A DNA stretch of 64,000 nt from Camelus ferus (lineage: Eukaryota), in assembly GCF_009834535.1 (NCBI RefSeq), contig NC_045707.1:46378001-46442000 (forward strand), given 5' to 3'. The notes under the pieces were generated by a model that saw only the letters and a program-made list of their open reading frames with translations, ran no database searches and was not told the origin of the DNA. The translations under genes were made by a program, and so were the position numbers. This document shows, piece after piece, positions 51,944-64,000 of the stretch (position 1 is its first letter; each line of letters begins with the position of its first letter).

Positions 51944-52073
51944 GACGTTGGAAGAGAGGCAAATACAGTGGATGGAAGAGAAGCATAAGCTTCATGAACG
52001 TATCACTGACAGAGAAGAGAAGTATAATCAAGCTAAAGAGAAACTGCAGCGAGCTGCAATTGCCCAGAAAAAG
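51944..52073 (+). CDS. CEP83: CEP83 coding exon 12 ([26 protein letters not shown]...AAIAQKK)
   Basis: tgacag| acceptor, non-canonical AAG|gcaagt donor, 130 nt. Confidence 0.94.
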
Positions 52074-54100
52074 GCAAGTGGTTCTTATTAAAGTGATTTC
52101 TGTAGAGTAAAACATAACTATTTTAGGAGAATAAAATGTATAATTAAAACTGAGATTTTAGTAATGTGTTTAATTTGATATTTAAACATGACATTTTGCT
52201 GTCAACCTTGCAAAGTAAATTGAGAAAAATGCAAACTGCTCAACAGGTTTATTTCTAAATGTTGTGTACAAGTCAGTTTGTCATAGCCCACATGCATTTT
52301 TCCACAGAGACAGTGTTGTTCATTAATGAAGTTTCTAGACCAGCCTATACAAGTCTTATTTAACTCATTCTGCTCTTAAATTATAGGGTTATTCGGCCTG
52401 TTTCAGCTGTGCACTACTGCTTGGAACATTGTTTTTGTGGTTAAAATATTTTGTCTCCAACTCAGGTTTTAGGAGCAAATATCTCCTGTCCCCAGCAGGG
52501 GGAACTGGGCCTTCCCCAGGCTTCTGAAACAGCCATGGTAGTTCCCACAGCCATGATCTTTTTCAAGTTTTATCTTTGCAGGCATATTTTTTCCAGAACC
52601 TATAAAACTTTGTTTTCTGGCAGCTAGGCCAGGGCATCATGGAAGTTATGTTACCAGATGATCCATCTAAGTCAGTGGTTTACAACTTCTCTGCTCGGCA
52701 AACCCCAGTAGTGCAGCATAGCCTCGTCAGTAACCACAGCTCACTGAAGCAGCGATTTGGAATTTATTTTCAACAAGATTGGGGCATGTGTGTGTGTGTG
52801 GGAGAAGGTAGCATTAAAAGAAAAATCCTGCAAATGATTTGATATGTCTCCATTTGATAGGTTCCCTTAGTAGTGGCATTGCTTCTGGGGAAGTGAGGAG
52901 GTCTGAAGTGAGAGGAAGGTGCTTCTAGACATAAGCACACCAGCGTCTTAATGTCTGTATGTTTTTGGAAAGGTTAGATGTTCATATTTGTATAAGAGGA
53001 GAGAACTGTGTATCATTTACATATTCTGAATTTGGAAATCAAGGACACAGTTCTTCACCTATTTATGTTGTTAGATATAGCTGCCAAATGTGTCCCAATA
53101 GTTGAAGTGACAACACGAGAAGTCTAAAGGTCATTCCTTTCCCACTGTCTTGGTTTATGAATAGTGCTTTTCTCTTCCCATTATGCCCAGAGTAGTATAA
53201 CATGGAGATTAGAAAGCAGCACTTAACTATGTAGGAATCCCAGTGTTTTACACTCACATGTAAATACTTACATTGCTGTTCTGTTGTTTTTTCCCTATGT
53301 ATAGCTCTTCTCTTTTTCTGTCCAGATAAGTACTGAGCAGTGCTTGTGTATTGATGGGATTTCAGTGAAATGTTTTATGGCTTGGGATGATCACAGAAAT
53401 CCTACTTATGTTTCCTTGTACTGTTGGAAGCCTAAAAGCCTCTGAAGCCAGATTTTAGCTAGAAATCATTAGAAATTATAAAAGCTGGTTTTATCTTATA
53501 AAGAAAAACTTTTATGTTGAGGTTTTAGAGATATGTGTCTTAGGGATCAGATTCTAATTATTGAGGTTAGTTTGGGTTGACTTCTTTTGGAGCAAAAGTG
53601 ACATCCAGTGGTGAGAGAGATTATCAACTAATCATAGGTAGTACACCAGGAACAGGGGAGGAGGTGATACTTTAAGAAACCTGCAAAATAACCTTTCATC
53701 AGTGATGTAGAATAATTTTTTTTCCTACTGAAGTAACTGCTAAATTATGGGTGTGAATATAGTTAAGTATCTGTTGTACTTTTTAAAATGGGATCTGTAC
53801 ATTATGATTTTAAATTGTAGGAGATTCCTAAACTCAATTTAGTAAATAATTTATGTCCCAGAGCTGTCCCACCATATGGGACACTGCCCTAGAGGCTTAC
53901 AACTTTACATCAAAGGGGAAAAACAGACAATACATGTGACATAGAAACACTGTAAAAAGCATGTAACTATATATAATTTTAGGGATGGAGGATATTAGCA
54001 TTCAGATAGCTTTTACAGATTAGGAAACTGGATTAGTAGGTAGCCAAGATCACTTGACTAGTAAGAACACCATGACGAAAGTCTGCATCTCTTTGTTCTT

Positions 54101-54203
54101 TTTTTTTTTTTTTTTTTTTTAAATTGAAGTACAGTCAATTACAATGTGTCAGTTTCTGGTGTACAGCACAATGTCCCAGTCATGCATATACATGCATATA
54201 TAT
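54101..54203 (-). mobile_element. Young L1 3'-tail insertion with 14-bp TSD
   Basis: PolyT plus aattgaagtacagtcaattacaatgtgtcagtttctggtgtacagcac; TSD atctct(t/c)tgttctt at 54087-54100 and 54204-54217. Confidence 0.88.
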
Positions 54204-56096
54204 ATCTCTCTGTTCTTAATTCTGTGCTTTTTCTGCACTGTTACACTTTTAGTTTCTCTCTTTAGTTCCAAATACTTAACTGCTCTTCTTTTCATTGTGG
54301 CTGTAATCCACCTGCATCTTATTTCCTGTGGCAGAATAATCACTATAGCATTAATTTCTTTAACCCAGATCCTTTTCTCATTGAAGTTAAAGATGATGCT
54401 GCTATAGGAAAATTTTGGTTATAAGATTACCTAAATATGATTCATAAAAATGCAACAGACTTTTTAAGTTTCTTTAGATGACTTTTTTGTGTAGTAAGAG
54501 TTAAGTCACAAAATATAAACTCTAGAGCAGAAGTCATAATCCTTCGGAGTTGCTTTGCTGTGAGAGGTTCTTATAACCTGATAGGGAGTAGCAGCTTTAT
54601 TTTTTTCTCCCCAAACTAGATAAGATGGCTCACTGCCATTTGAGTGTGTTCATTTACAGCTCCAACATCCTAAGCACAAAGCTTACGTCATCTCTAGTAA
54701 GTGTTTTTAGATAGAGTCTTTGTGTAATGATAGTGTGCTGTGTTGATTTGTTTGGAAAAGCTTGACCAAGTATCTTGAGTTGCAGTGCCCTTCTGTGATT
54801 AATGGCTTCTCTGTATATTTTTCCCTGCACATTGTTGAAGTGCGAGTATGAAAAGAGATCTCTTGGTATGAGCACAATGAATTGTGCTTTTCCTGTTGAG
54901 GCATTTGAAATGATAACTTGTTATTTTTATCCTAAGGTATGTCTCTCTGAAATAATTCTTGGTTAGACGCAGTTTTGAATGGTTTTGAAAAAGAAATGAG
55001 CCATAGTCTTAAAGTTGTAAAATACCTATTGAATATGTTGTGTGGCCTAGCATTCTGTTACACACTGGAGGGAAAATAGAGGCCGTGATTGATTCCTGCC
55101 CTTGATGACCATATAATCTAGTTGGAGAAATAAAACAGCATGAAACACTAAAGAATCTATTAGTCATTTCCAGGTCAGCTGTATGGACATGACATTTGAG
55201 AACTACTCTGCTAGAGAGAAGAGAGCCTGAAGACAGGGAAGCCAGTTAAGATGCTATTATATTAAACTTAAAATGAGGTAAGAAGTCTGGAATTTGGGCT
55301 TGAAGGATGACTCTGAGAAGTAGTCTCAAGGGAAAAAAAATAATAGAATATGGTGTTTAAATAAGAAGACAGAGAAAAAAATGAAGTATTTTAGCTGTGA
55401 GAGAATATAAGTGGAGTTGTCACAGTAGAATGAAGAACATGTGCCTGTTGAGTAGAAAGAGAAAATATATTTGACTATAAACACACAACAGATAAGAAGT
55501 GATAAGCAATGCATTCGTGTAGACACGTCCTAGACTCCCAAGTGAAGATACTGCGTAGATAACCAGAAATGATGGATTGTAAAGCATGGAGATCAGTAAC
55601 TCAGACTAGAGATGTGTAATTAGACACTTGAGATTTTGGAAATAGTTGAAAAATAAAAGGACTAAGAACTAAGTTGATTTGGAAAGAGTTGCTAGATTCA
55701 GTAGAGAAGTGGTCATAGAGGTAGAAGCTGTAAGCACGGTGTTGTAGAAGTCAGAGAAAAAGTAAGGTATCAAAGATAAATAGTCATGGTTATTGAAAAG
55801 AGTTCCGTGAATATGGCTAGAATGTGGTTAAAGGGAAATCCTAGCTTTGATTCTTGCATCAGTGTCCTTTTGATTTTTCTTTTACTCTTTAGTGTTGTAA
55901 CATTTGTGACACTAAGGCATCCATTTGACTATCCTGTGATTGTATTGGACTGGTAAAACCAAAGTCAAAATCATTCCTACAGCCTCTTTCCCCTCTGGAC
56001 TTTCATTTATTTCAGTCGAAAGTCACTCTTCCAATCACTTAGGCTTCAAACCTTTGATTATCCTGAGGGCTCCCTTTCCCCAAATCTAGTCATCAC

Positions 56097-57120
56097 TGCT
56101 TTAGTTTTCTAGGGCTGCTGTAACAAATTACTACAAACCGTGTGGCTTAACACAACAGAAATATATTTGCTCACAGTTCTAGAAGTTAGACTTCTAAAAT
56201 CAAAGTGCCAGGAGGGCCATTCTCCCTACAAAGGCTCTGGGGAAAGATTTGTTCTGTGCCCCTCTCCTAGCTTCTGGTGGTTGCTGACGACCTTACCTGT
56301 ACCTTTTTTTTTTTTTTCCAGATGAGGTCACTCTGGAGTGTTTTCCAGCACCAACAACCAGTTATCTAATTCTTTGGACACCAACTAGGTGTCCAGCAAT
56401 TCAGTTCAATTCTGACACTACATCTGATTCCACAAATTAAAGGGTTTAGTCTCATAAGACTGCCCCCAGGTCAGGTGCCAGGTCCCTGACCATCTATACT
56501 GCTGACCAACTGGCTATAAATTGGGATTACCACAGTACCCCCTCACCCAGGTTCATGGAACTCAGAAAAACATTTTACTTGCTTTTACTGGTTTATCATA
56601 AAGGATACACTCCGAAACAGCCAAATAGAAGAGATGAATAGGACAATGTATAGAGGGGAAGGTGTGCCCTCTCTAGGTGTGCCTCCCTCCTAGGAATTCA
56701 ATGTATTCACCAACTTGGAGGCTTTCCAGGTTTCCTTATTTAAGAGGGTTTTTTTTTATGGAGATCAATTTCTAGCCTCCCTGACAACTCCTGGAAGTGG
56801 AGGGTGAGGAGTAGGTGGGTGGGAGTAGGGCTGAAAGTTCCCAACCTCCTATCACTTGGTCTTTCTGGTGACCAGCCCCATTTTGACATAATCTAGGGGG
56901 GGCCACCCTAAATTAACTTACTAGCATTAACTCAGGTATGATTGTAAAGGGCTGGTTGTGAATAGCAAAAAAATGTTCCTATCACTCAGGAAATTCCATG
57001 GGTTTTAGGAGCTCTGCACCAGAAACCCAGGACAAAGGCCAGATATATTTCTTCTTATATCACAGTCCCATTCTGAAACTCTACTCAAATATTTGGGAGA
57101 CACTGTTCAACCCAGTGTAG
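56097..57120 (-). mobile_element. MLT1B/C-like LTR interrupted by a MER21-like ERV LTR (about 56310-57064)
   Basis: ttagttttctagggctgctgtaacaaattactacaaac (MLT1); ggacaccaactaggtgtcc..attcagttcaattctgacacta ... atcactcaggaaattcc (MER21); MLT1 end tgggagacactgttcaacc. Confidence 0.8.
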
Positions 57121-57249
57121 TCGCTAGAGCCTGTGAATCCTTCCTTTATAGTATATATATAAAGGAAGGATTTTCCCCACCTCATTTCTTTTTATTCCTA
57201 TTCCTAACGTCCTGGCTCAGACTCTCTTCACTGCAAAGTTTCTCTGTGT

Positions 57250-59230
57250 TCATTTGTTCATTTAGTCAATTTACTCCACAGATTTGTTGAGTACCTACTA
57301 TATACCGATACTGTTTTAATTGCAGGGATACAGGAATAGACTCTGCACTGAGGAGCTTACATTATAGTAGATGGAGACACAGTAAAGAAACAAATAACTG
57401 TCAGGTGGACATGTGTGCTGAGAAGAAAATTAAGGGGGACAGAGGGTACTGTTTTACATAGGTGGTCAGAGAAGTTTCTGATAAAATAACATTTAAGTAA
57501 AGACCTGAAGGAAAGAAAGAAGGAGGCCACATTTTATATGTAGGGGAAGAATGTTCCAGGCAGAGGGAATAGCAAGTAAAACAGAGAGACAGGAGTCTTC
57601 TTGGTATGCTGAAAGAATACAAGGAGGGAGACCTGGGTAGCTGGAATGGAGAGAATTAGTAGGAGGCCAGGTGATGTAGGGGCTTTTTTGTTTGTTTGTT
57701 TTTATTCTGAACGAGATAGGAATGCACTGGAGAGTTTTGAATTGAGAAGTGATATAATCTGAATTGTATTTTAGGAGAATCTCTGACTGTTGTGTAGAGG
57801 GGCAAAGAGGACTCAGGAAGACTGCTTTTTCAGTAGTCCAGGTAAGAGATGATGGGGACTTGGAACAGACAACTAGTAGTTGAGTGTTGATCAGATTCTG
57901 TATATATTTTAAAGGTAGAGCTTACAGTGATTGTAGGTATCAAAGAGGTGAAGAGAAGTAACATGTTGTGCTTGCGTACCAGGTTAAAATAGAATAGCTT
58001 TTTTCTGACATGGGAAAGACCTTGGAAGGAACAAAGCTGGGGGTAAAATACAGATGTCTCTTTTGGACACATTAACTCTTTGAGATGCCCGTTGGACTTC
58101 ATGTGGAGATACTAAGCATTCTGGTAAATACGTGAATCAGGAGTTGAGGGAAGAGGACTGGGCTAGAGATAAGATTTGGGACTCATCAGCATGTCAGTGG
58201 TATTAAAGCAATGGGATTAAAAGAGGTTATCTAGAAAGTGAAGGAAGACTGAGAAAAGAACAGGTCTGAGGATTGAGCTATGAGTAATTCCAAACTTTAG
58301 AAGTTGAGAAGTTAAGGAGGAGACTGAGAAGGCTTGGCCAGTATGACAGGAAGAGAACCAAGACAGTACTGGATGCCAAATGAAGAAAAATGCTTTGAGA
58401 AGCGTGAGTTGTGTCAAATGACATTTATAGTAAGATGGTAAAATAGTCAGAGGAAGACGAGGAATCCATTTGGCTCTGTTGTCATTGGTGGTGGGTTTGT
58501 GAAGAGTTGCTTCTGTAGGGTGGTGGGTATGTAGACCTGATTGAAGTGGAATGCAGAGTTTGTCTAAGGAGTTTTGTTGTGAAGAACAGAGAACTGGGGT
58601 AGAAACTAGGGCTGTGGGATCAAAGTCTTCTTTTAAGAAGGGGGAAATTATAGGATGATGTAGTAGCAAGGGGAAAATTGATGATGCAGGAGAAAGGGGG
58701 GGGGGCAAATAAGGGAATGATATCCCATAGAAGGCAGAAGGGCATTAGAGCCAACTCAGAGGTGGAAGGGATAGAAACACAGTGTATCTATTGTAAGTGG
58801 AAAGAAGACAAAATATATGCTTGTAAATTCCTGGTAAGTTGACAGGTATAGTGGAAATCTCTGGAAATGCTCTGCTGATTGATGCTACTTTCTCAGTGCA
58901 AAAAAGAATCTGAGTCACCAGCTCAGACTATGAAGAGTGGAAATGTCAGAATTTGAGGAGAGACAAGAAACTGAAAAGAATGAGAGTTTGGGAGACTGAT
59001 TGGATTAAGGAGATTAGTAGGATTGCCAGGTAGTGCTAGGGAGTGGTGGTTGGTTTAAGGTGAGACCAGTCAACCCAGTTGTGTGTGTCATGTGCCAATT
59101 CTGTTCACGTTGCCATGGATCCATGTATGCATCCAGCAGAGTCATTTAACCAAGGTTGGAGTTTTGCAGGTGAGTTTGAAGAGAAGGAGACTTGGGTCAA
59201 GGTAATGAAGGTGTCTGTAAAGAAATAATT
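57250..59230 (-). mobile_element. Long L2 fragment
   Basis: Antisense L2 tail tcatttgttcatt...tttgttgagtacctacta, then a purine-rich L2 body; explains ORF-track 58217..58708. Confidence 0.8.
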
Positions 59231-60270
59231 TACATTAGCGTCTAAGGCATTCATTCAGTCTACTAGTTAACCAGTTATCCATTTCTCTTACTGTATCCTA
59301 GCTCAGTTCTTGACAAAGAGTAAGTGCTCAGTAAATGGTTGGTTATTTTTACAGTGATGAGGTTGAGGACAACATTGTCCTGAATCCTGTCTTCAGGAAG
59401 CCTGTCTCCAGATTTACCTCTTAAGAGGCAAACTTCAGAATCTATCCTATACACTGATCCCATATTTCAAAACAATGTTTTACCCATCAGTCTCCTGCTG
59501 AACCAGGGAGTCCACATTTCTAGAGAATTATATTCCCCTTAATTGATTGCTTATCCTTTCTAAAAAGCCTTTTCCCAAGATTTTATTGACTGGAATTCCC
59601 TTCAGAAATCTCTGTATTTTGTATTACCTATGGTTGATACAGGGCCGAGTTAAGTGTGTACTCTATATATGTGTGTGTGTATATATGAATATGCTTGATG
59701 ATGAAAGTAGAAATTTTTGTATTGTACTATTTAAATGAGCAGTATAAATGGAGAATTATAGCTAGATGTTAAGATTGCAGGTTTATATAATCATATAATA
59801 ATGAAATATTAAGCATTTCCATCTTTAAAATGTCTGCTGTTAGTTGAACTAAAATACCTAAAAGGAGCATATACTTTTGATAATGCCAGACTAGGGAATA
59901 TGTGGATCAGCTCTCCACATGGGAACTGGAGGAATTGGACAGAATATTTTTAAAAATATCTCCATGAAGGGCAGTGAAGAATTAAGAGGCCAAGATCCTG
60001 GAGAGATAGGAAACCTAGAGAGGTGAGCACAGCATTTGGGGCTGCTTTTCCCTCAGAGGAAACTGCCAGTTCCAGAAGAGACAACTGAGAGGCTGAGAAA
60101 TGAAGCAGAGCTTTTGACAATGTCACAGGGCTTGAGGAACGAAAATTGGAGTTGAGAATCTGCCAGAGAGAGGGTCTCAAGTCAAAGTCCACTAGTGCTT
60201 TGGGTTGAGACCCTGCTGGGGTATACTCTTGGACTAAGAGTGAACTGAAAATAGAGTGGCCCTTGCAATT

Positions 60271-60454
60271 TTTTTTTTTTTTAATTGAAGTACCATCAGT
60301 TGTAATGTGTCAGTTTCTGGTGTACAGCACGGTGTCCCAGTCATGCATACACACACATGTATTTGTTTTCATTTTTTTTCCATTAAAGGTCACTACAAGG
60401 TATTGAATATAGTTACCTATGCTATATAGCAGAAACTTAAAAAAAAAAAATCCT
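60271..60454 (-). mobile_element. Young L1 3'-tail insertion with TSD
   Basis: Same family as 54101; TSD gcccttgca(a/c)tt at 60259-60270 and 60455-60466. Confidence 0.85.
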
Positions 60455-60634
60455 GCCCTTGCACTTACTGAAGCACAGCTTTAGATAATCTGTCTTTATA
60501 ATTAGATTAAATAAACCCCTATTGTTAGTGTTCCTAGATGCCTGGAAGAAACAAATACAGATCTACTTTAAGGGAAACTAACATTGTAGGTTTCAAATTG
60601 TTTCCCTAGTTTTTTAAGTGTAATATCTAGCTCT

Positions 60635-61540
60635 AAATAAAAAATAAAACAGAGATACCACTACACATCTATTAGAATGGCTAAAACTCAAAACACTGAG
60701 AGTACCAAATACTGATAAGGATATGGAACAGCAGAAACTTTCATTTATTACTGGTGGGATTGCAAAATGGTATGGCCATTTTGGAAAACACTTCAACAGT
60801 TTCTTACAAAGTTAAAACATAGTCTTATCCTACAATCCAGGAATCACACTCTTAGGTATTTATTCAGATAAGTTGAAAACTTACGTTCACACACAAAAAA
60901 ACTGCACGCAAATGTTTATAGAAGCTTTATTCATTATTACCAAAACTTGGAAGGAAGCAAGTTTTCTTTCAATAGGTGAATAGTTAAAAAAAACTATAAT
61001 ATCCATACAGTGGAATATTATCAGTGATAAGAAGAAATAAGTTATCAAGCCATGCAAAAACATGGAGGAACCTTAAATGCATAATGCTAAATGAAAGAAG
61101 CCAGTCTCAAAAGACTATATACTGTTATGATTCCAACTATATGACATTCCAAAAGGCAAAACTATGGAGACAGGAGAAAAATCAGTGGGTGCCGGAGGTT
61201 GTGGGAGTAGGGGGTAGGGATGAATAGGTAAAGCACAGGGTGTTTTTAGGGCAGTGAGACTATTCTGTATGATACTGTAGTAGGGGATACATGACATTAT
61301 GCATTTGACAAAACCTATAGAACTACACAACACAAAGAGTGACACAGTGTAAGCTGGGCTTTAGGTAATAATAATTCATCAATATTGGTTCATCAATTTT
61401 AACAAATGTACCACATCAGTGTAAGATGTTAATAATAGGGGCAGTTACATGAAGGGAGGGAATATATAGGAACTCTCTACTTCCTGTTAAATTTTTCTGT
61501 GAACCTAAAACTGCTCTAGGTCTATTAATAATAATAATAA
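60635..61540 (+). mobile_element. L1MC1-like 3' end
   Basis: Homologous to 19836-20660; ends ttctgtgaacctaaaactgctcta. Confidence 0.88.
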
Positions 61541-62184
61541 AAACAGCCACATGAGGAAATAATATTGAAAATCAAGAGAAGTAACAACCAATATAAACAA
61601 ACTCTCCCATAGGGGACTCAGGTAATAGTTATCAGATACAGACTTTAAAGTTATCATGTTGTATATGCTCTGAAATAAATGTTTGAGAATGGCACCAGAA
61701 AACTGGAAGCCATTTAAAAAATGGCAAGTTTAGAACTGAAAAACACAAAACTGAATTATGAACTCTGACTAGATTTAACAGCAGACATTCTCTTCCTTCT
61801 CCTCAAGATACAAGCAGAAATCAATGAAACAGAGAATATACAATAGAGAAAAACCTGCCAAGAGCTAACTGATCTAAAAAGATTGATAAAATTGATTCTC
61901 CCCAAACTCCCCATAAAGTAGGTAAGTAGGTAGGTAGATAAACACAAATGAACAATATAATGAATGAAAAAAGGAGACATCACTATGCATCTTACAGATG
62001 CTACAACAAAAAGGATATAAAAAACAACTATGCTAATTAATTATGCAATTTAGATAAAATGAACAAATTCCTTGAACATCAGAACAAAATTAAAACATGA
62101 AGAATTAGGAAATCTAAATAGCCTTGTATCTATCAAGGAAATGGAATCCTTAATTTAAAACCTTCCATAGAGAAAATTCAGTAT

Positions 62185-63010
62185 TTTGTATATATTGTGA
62201 AATGATTACCACAATGGGTCTAGTCAACATCCATCACCAACCATACAGTTACAGAATTTTTTTCTTGTGATAAGAACTTTTAAGATCTCTCTTAGCAACT
62301 TTCAAGTGTGCAATGCAGTATTATTAACTATAGTCAGCATACTGTACATTACATCCACAAGATTTATTTATTTTATAACTGGAAGTTTGTACCTTTTGAC
62401 CTCCTTTACCCATTTCACTCATCCCCCATCCCCTACCTCTGGCAACCACCGGTTTGTTCTCAGTATCTTTGAGCTCATTTTTTTTTTTTTTTTAAAGATT
62501 TCACATATAAGTGAGGCTATATGGTATTTTTTCTTCCTCTGTCTGGCTTGTTTCACTTAGCATAATACCCTGAAGTTCCATCCAAGTCGCAAATGGCAAG
62601 ATTTCCTTCCTTTTTATGGCTGAATCATATTCCTGTGCATGAGTATTACATTTTCTTTATCCATTTATGCACTGATGGACATTTAGGTTGCTTCCATGTC
62701 TTAGCTGTCGTAAATAATGCTGCAATGAACATGAGGGTGCAGATAGCTTTCCAAGTTGGTGTTTTCTTGTTTTTTTGGATAAATACCCAGAAGTGGAAGT
62801 GCTGATAGTTCTATTTTTAATATTTTGAGGAACTTCCATACCACTTTCCATTGTGGCTGCATCAAATTACATTCCCACCAGCAGTGCACAATGGTTCCCT
62901 TTTCTCCACATTCTCACCATTTGTTGTCTCTGGTCTTTTTGGGAATAGCCATTCTACTAACAGTTGTAAGGTGATATCTCGTGGTTTTAATTTGCATTTC
63001 TGTGATGATC
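62185..63010 (-). mobile_element. L1MA9-like 3' end nested in an older sense L1
   Basis: ORF-track 62701..62889 (-) [21 protein letters not shown] is the L1 ORF2p C-terminus. Confidence 0.88.
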
Positions 63011-64000
63011 AGTTCTTTCTTTTCATACACAACAAACAACTAGGAAATGAAATATTTAATTACCATTTACATCATCATAAATTACTTAGGAACAAATCTA
63101 ATGAAAGATATGCAAGACGTCTACATTGAAAATTACAAATGTTGCCAAGAAAAAGTAAAGAAGACCTAAATAAAGGGAAACTATACCTTATTTGATTTGG
63201 ATATTATAATAATACTAAGTATTATTAAGATGTCAGTTTTTCCCAAACTGATCTGTAGGTTGAATGCAATCCTAATAAAAATCTCAGTTTTCCTTGTGGA
63301 AATTGGAAAGTAGATTCTAAAATTCATATGTAAGTACAAAGGACTAGAACAACCAAGGTAATCTTGAAGAACAGCAACAAAGCTAGAGGGCTCATAGTAC
63401 TAGACATAAGGATTTATTATAAGCTACAGTAATTAAAACAATGTGATATTGGCATAGGATAGATCAGTGGAACAGAATACAGTTCAGAAATAGTATATGA
63501 ACACCTGATTTAGCACAAAGCGCCACTGTCGTTCAGTAGGGAAAGGATGGTCCTTTTAACAAAGGATAGGTAATCAATTGGTTATCCTTAACCTAACCTC
63601 ATTTGATTAAAATGAACTGTAGACTCAAATGTGAAAAGTGAAAAAAGAAAAAAACAAAGGAAAAACTGCTAGGAAACAACTTGGGGAGAAAAATCTTAAG
63701 ATCTTGGGATAAGTAAAGATTTCTTAAACAGGACATTAAAAGCACTAACCATATTTGGATTTTATTAAAATTAAGGGCTTCTTTTTATAAAATGACACTG
63801 TTAAGAGAAAGAAAATGTTACCACAGACTGACAGAAGGTCAATCTGCAACACATATCTGACAAAGGATTCATATTCTGAATATATAAAGAACTTCTACAA
63901 ATAAGAGGAATCTCCTTTTGTTACTCAAAGTTTTTTAAACAGGCAAAAGATTAGGGCAGGCACTTCACAAAAAAATGATATCCAGATGGCCAGTATGCAT
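63010..64000 (+). mobile_element. Old L1 ORF2 fragment continuing 61800-62180
   Basis: aattacttaggaacaaatctaatgaaagatatgcaagac; tattataaagctacagtaattaaaacaatgtgatattggcata. Confidence 0.85.

Noticed and set aside
51808..52110. ORF-track 100-aa ORF as the CEP83 exon frame
   Set aside because: It is a different frame; the CEP83 frame reads TLEERQIQW from 51945.
58217..58708. 163-aa ORF, the longest in the track
   Set aside because: Lies within a decayed L2 and has no recognisable intact domain.

Overview
Mammalian, AT-rich genomic DNA; a tRNA-derived SINE and short L1 3' tails suggest a camelid (alpaca/camel), which is an inference. The window holds most of one + strand gene, CEP83 (CCDC41, centriole distal appendage coiled-coil protein). 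I traced 12 coding exons by hand from ATG 1400 to 52073: 1704 nt, 568 codons, consistent phases, no stops. The promoter, upstream UTR exons and C-terminal exons were not found and presumably lie outside. Introns are full of decayed L1, L2, MIR, MaLR/ERV1 LTRs, DNA transposons and younger SINE/L1-tail insertions. I found no new multi-gene system. The best observations are: a perfect 37-nt 5' half of tRNA-Glu(CTC) inserted with a 16-bp target-site duplication; a GC-AG donor followed by an in-frame stop and AATAAA; a probable bulge-type donor (GTAGAGT); an apparent one-codon deletion in the coiled coil versus human; a 3x77-bp tandem repeat multiplying an AP-1 site; a 27/28-bp inverted repeat around an L1 tail with a triplicated target site; and a CpG-rich G-quadruplex microsatellite. 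Repeat family names and human comparisons are from memory, not from searches, and repeat boundaries are approximate.
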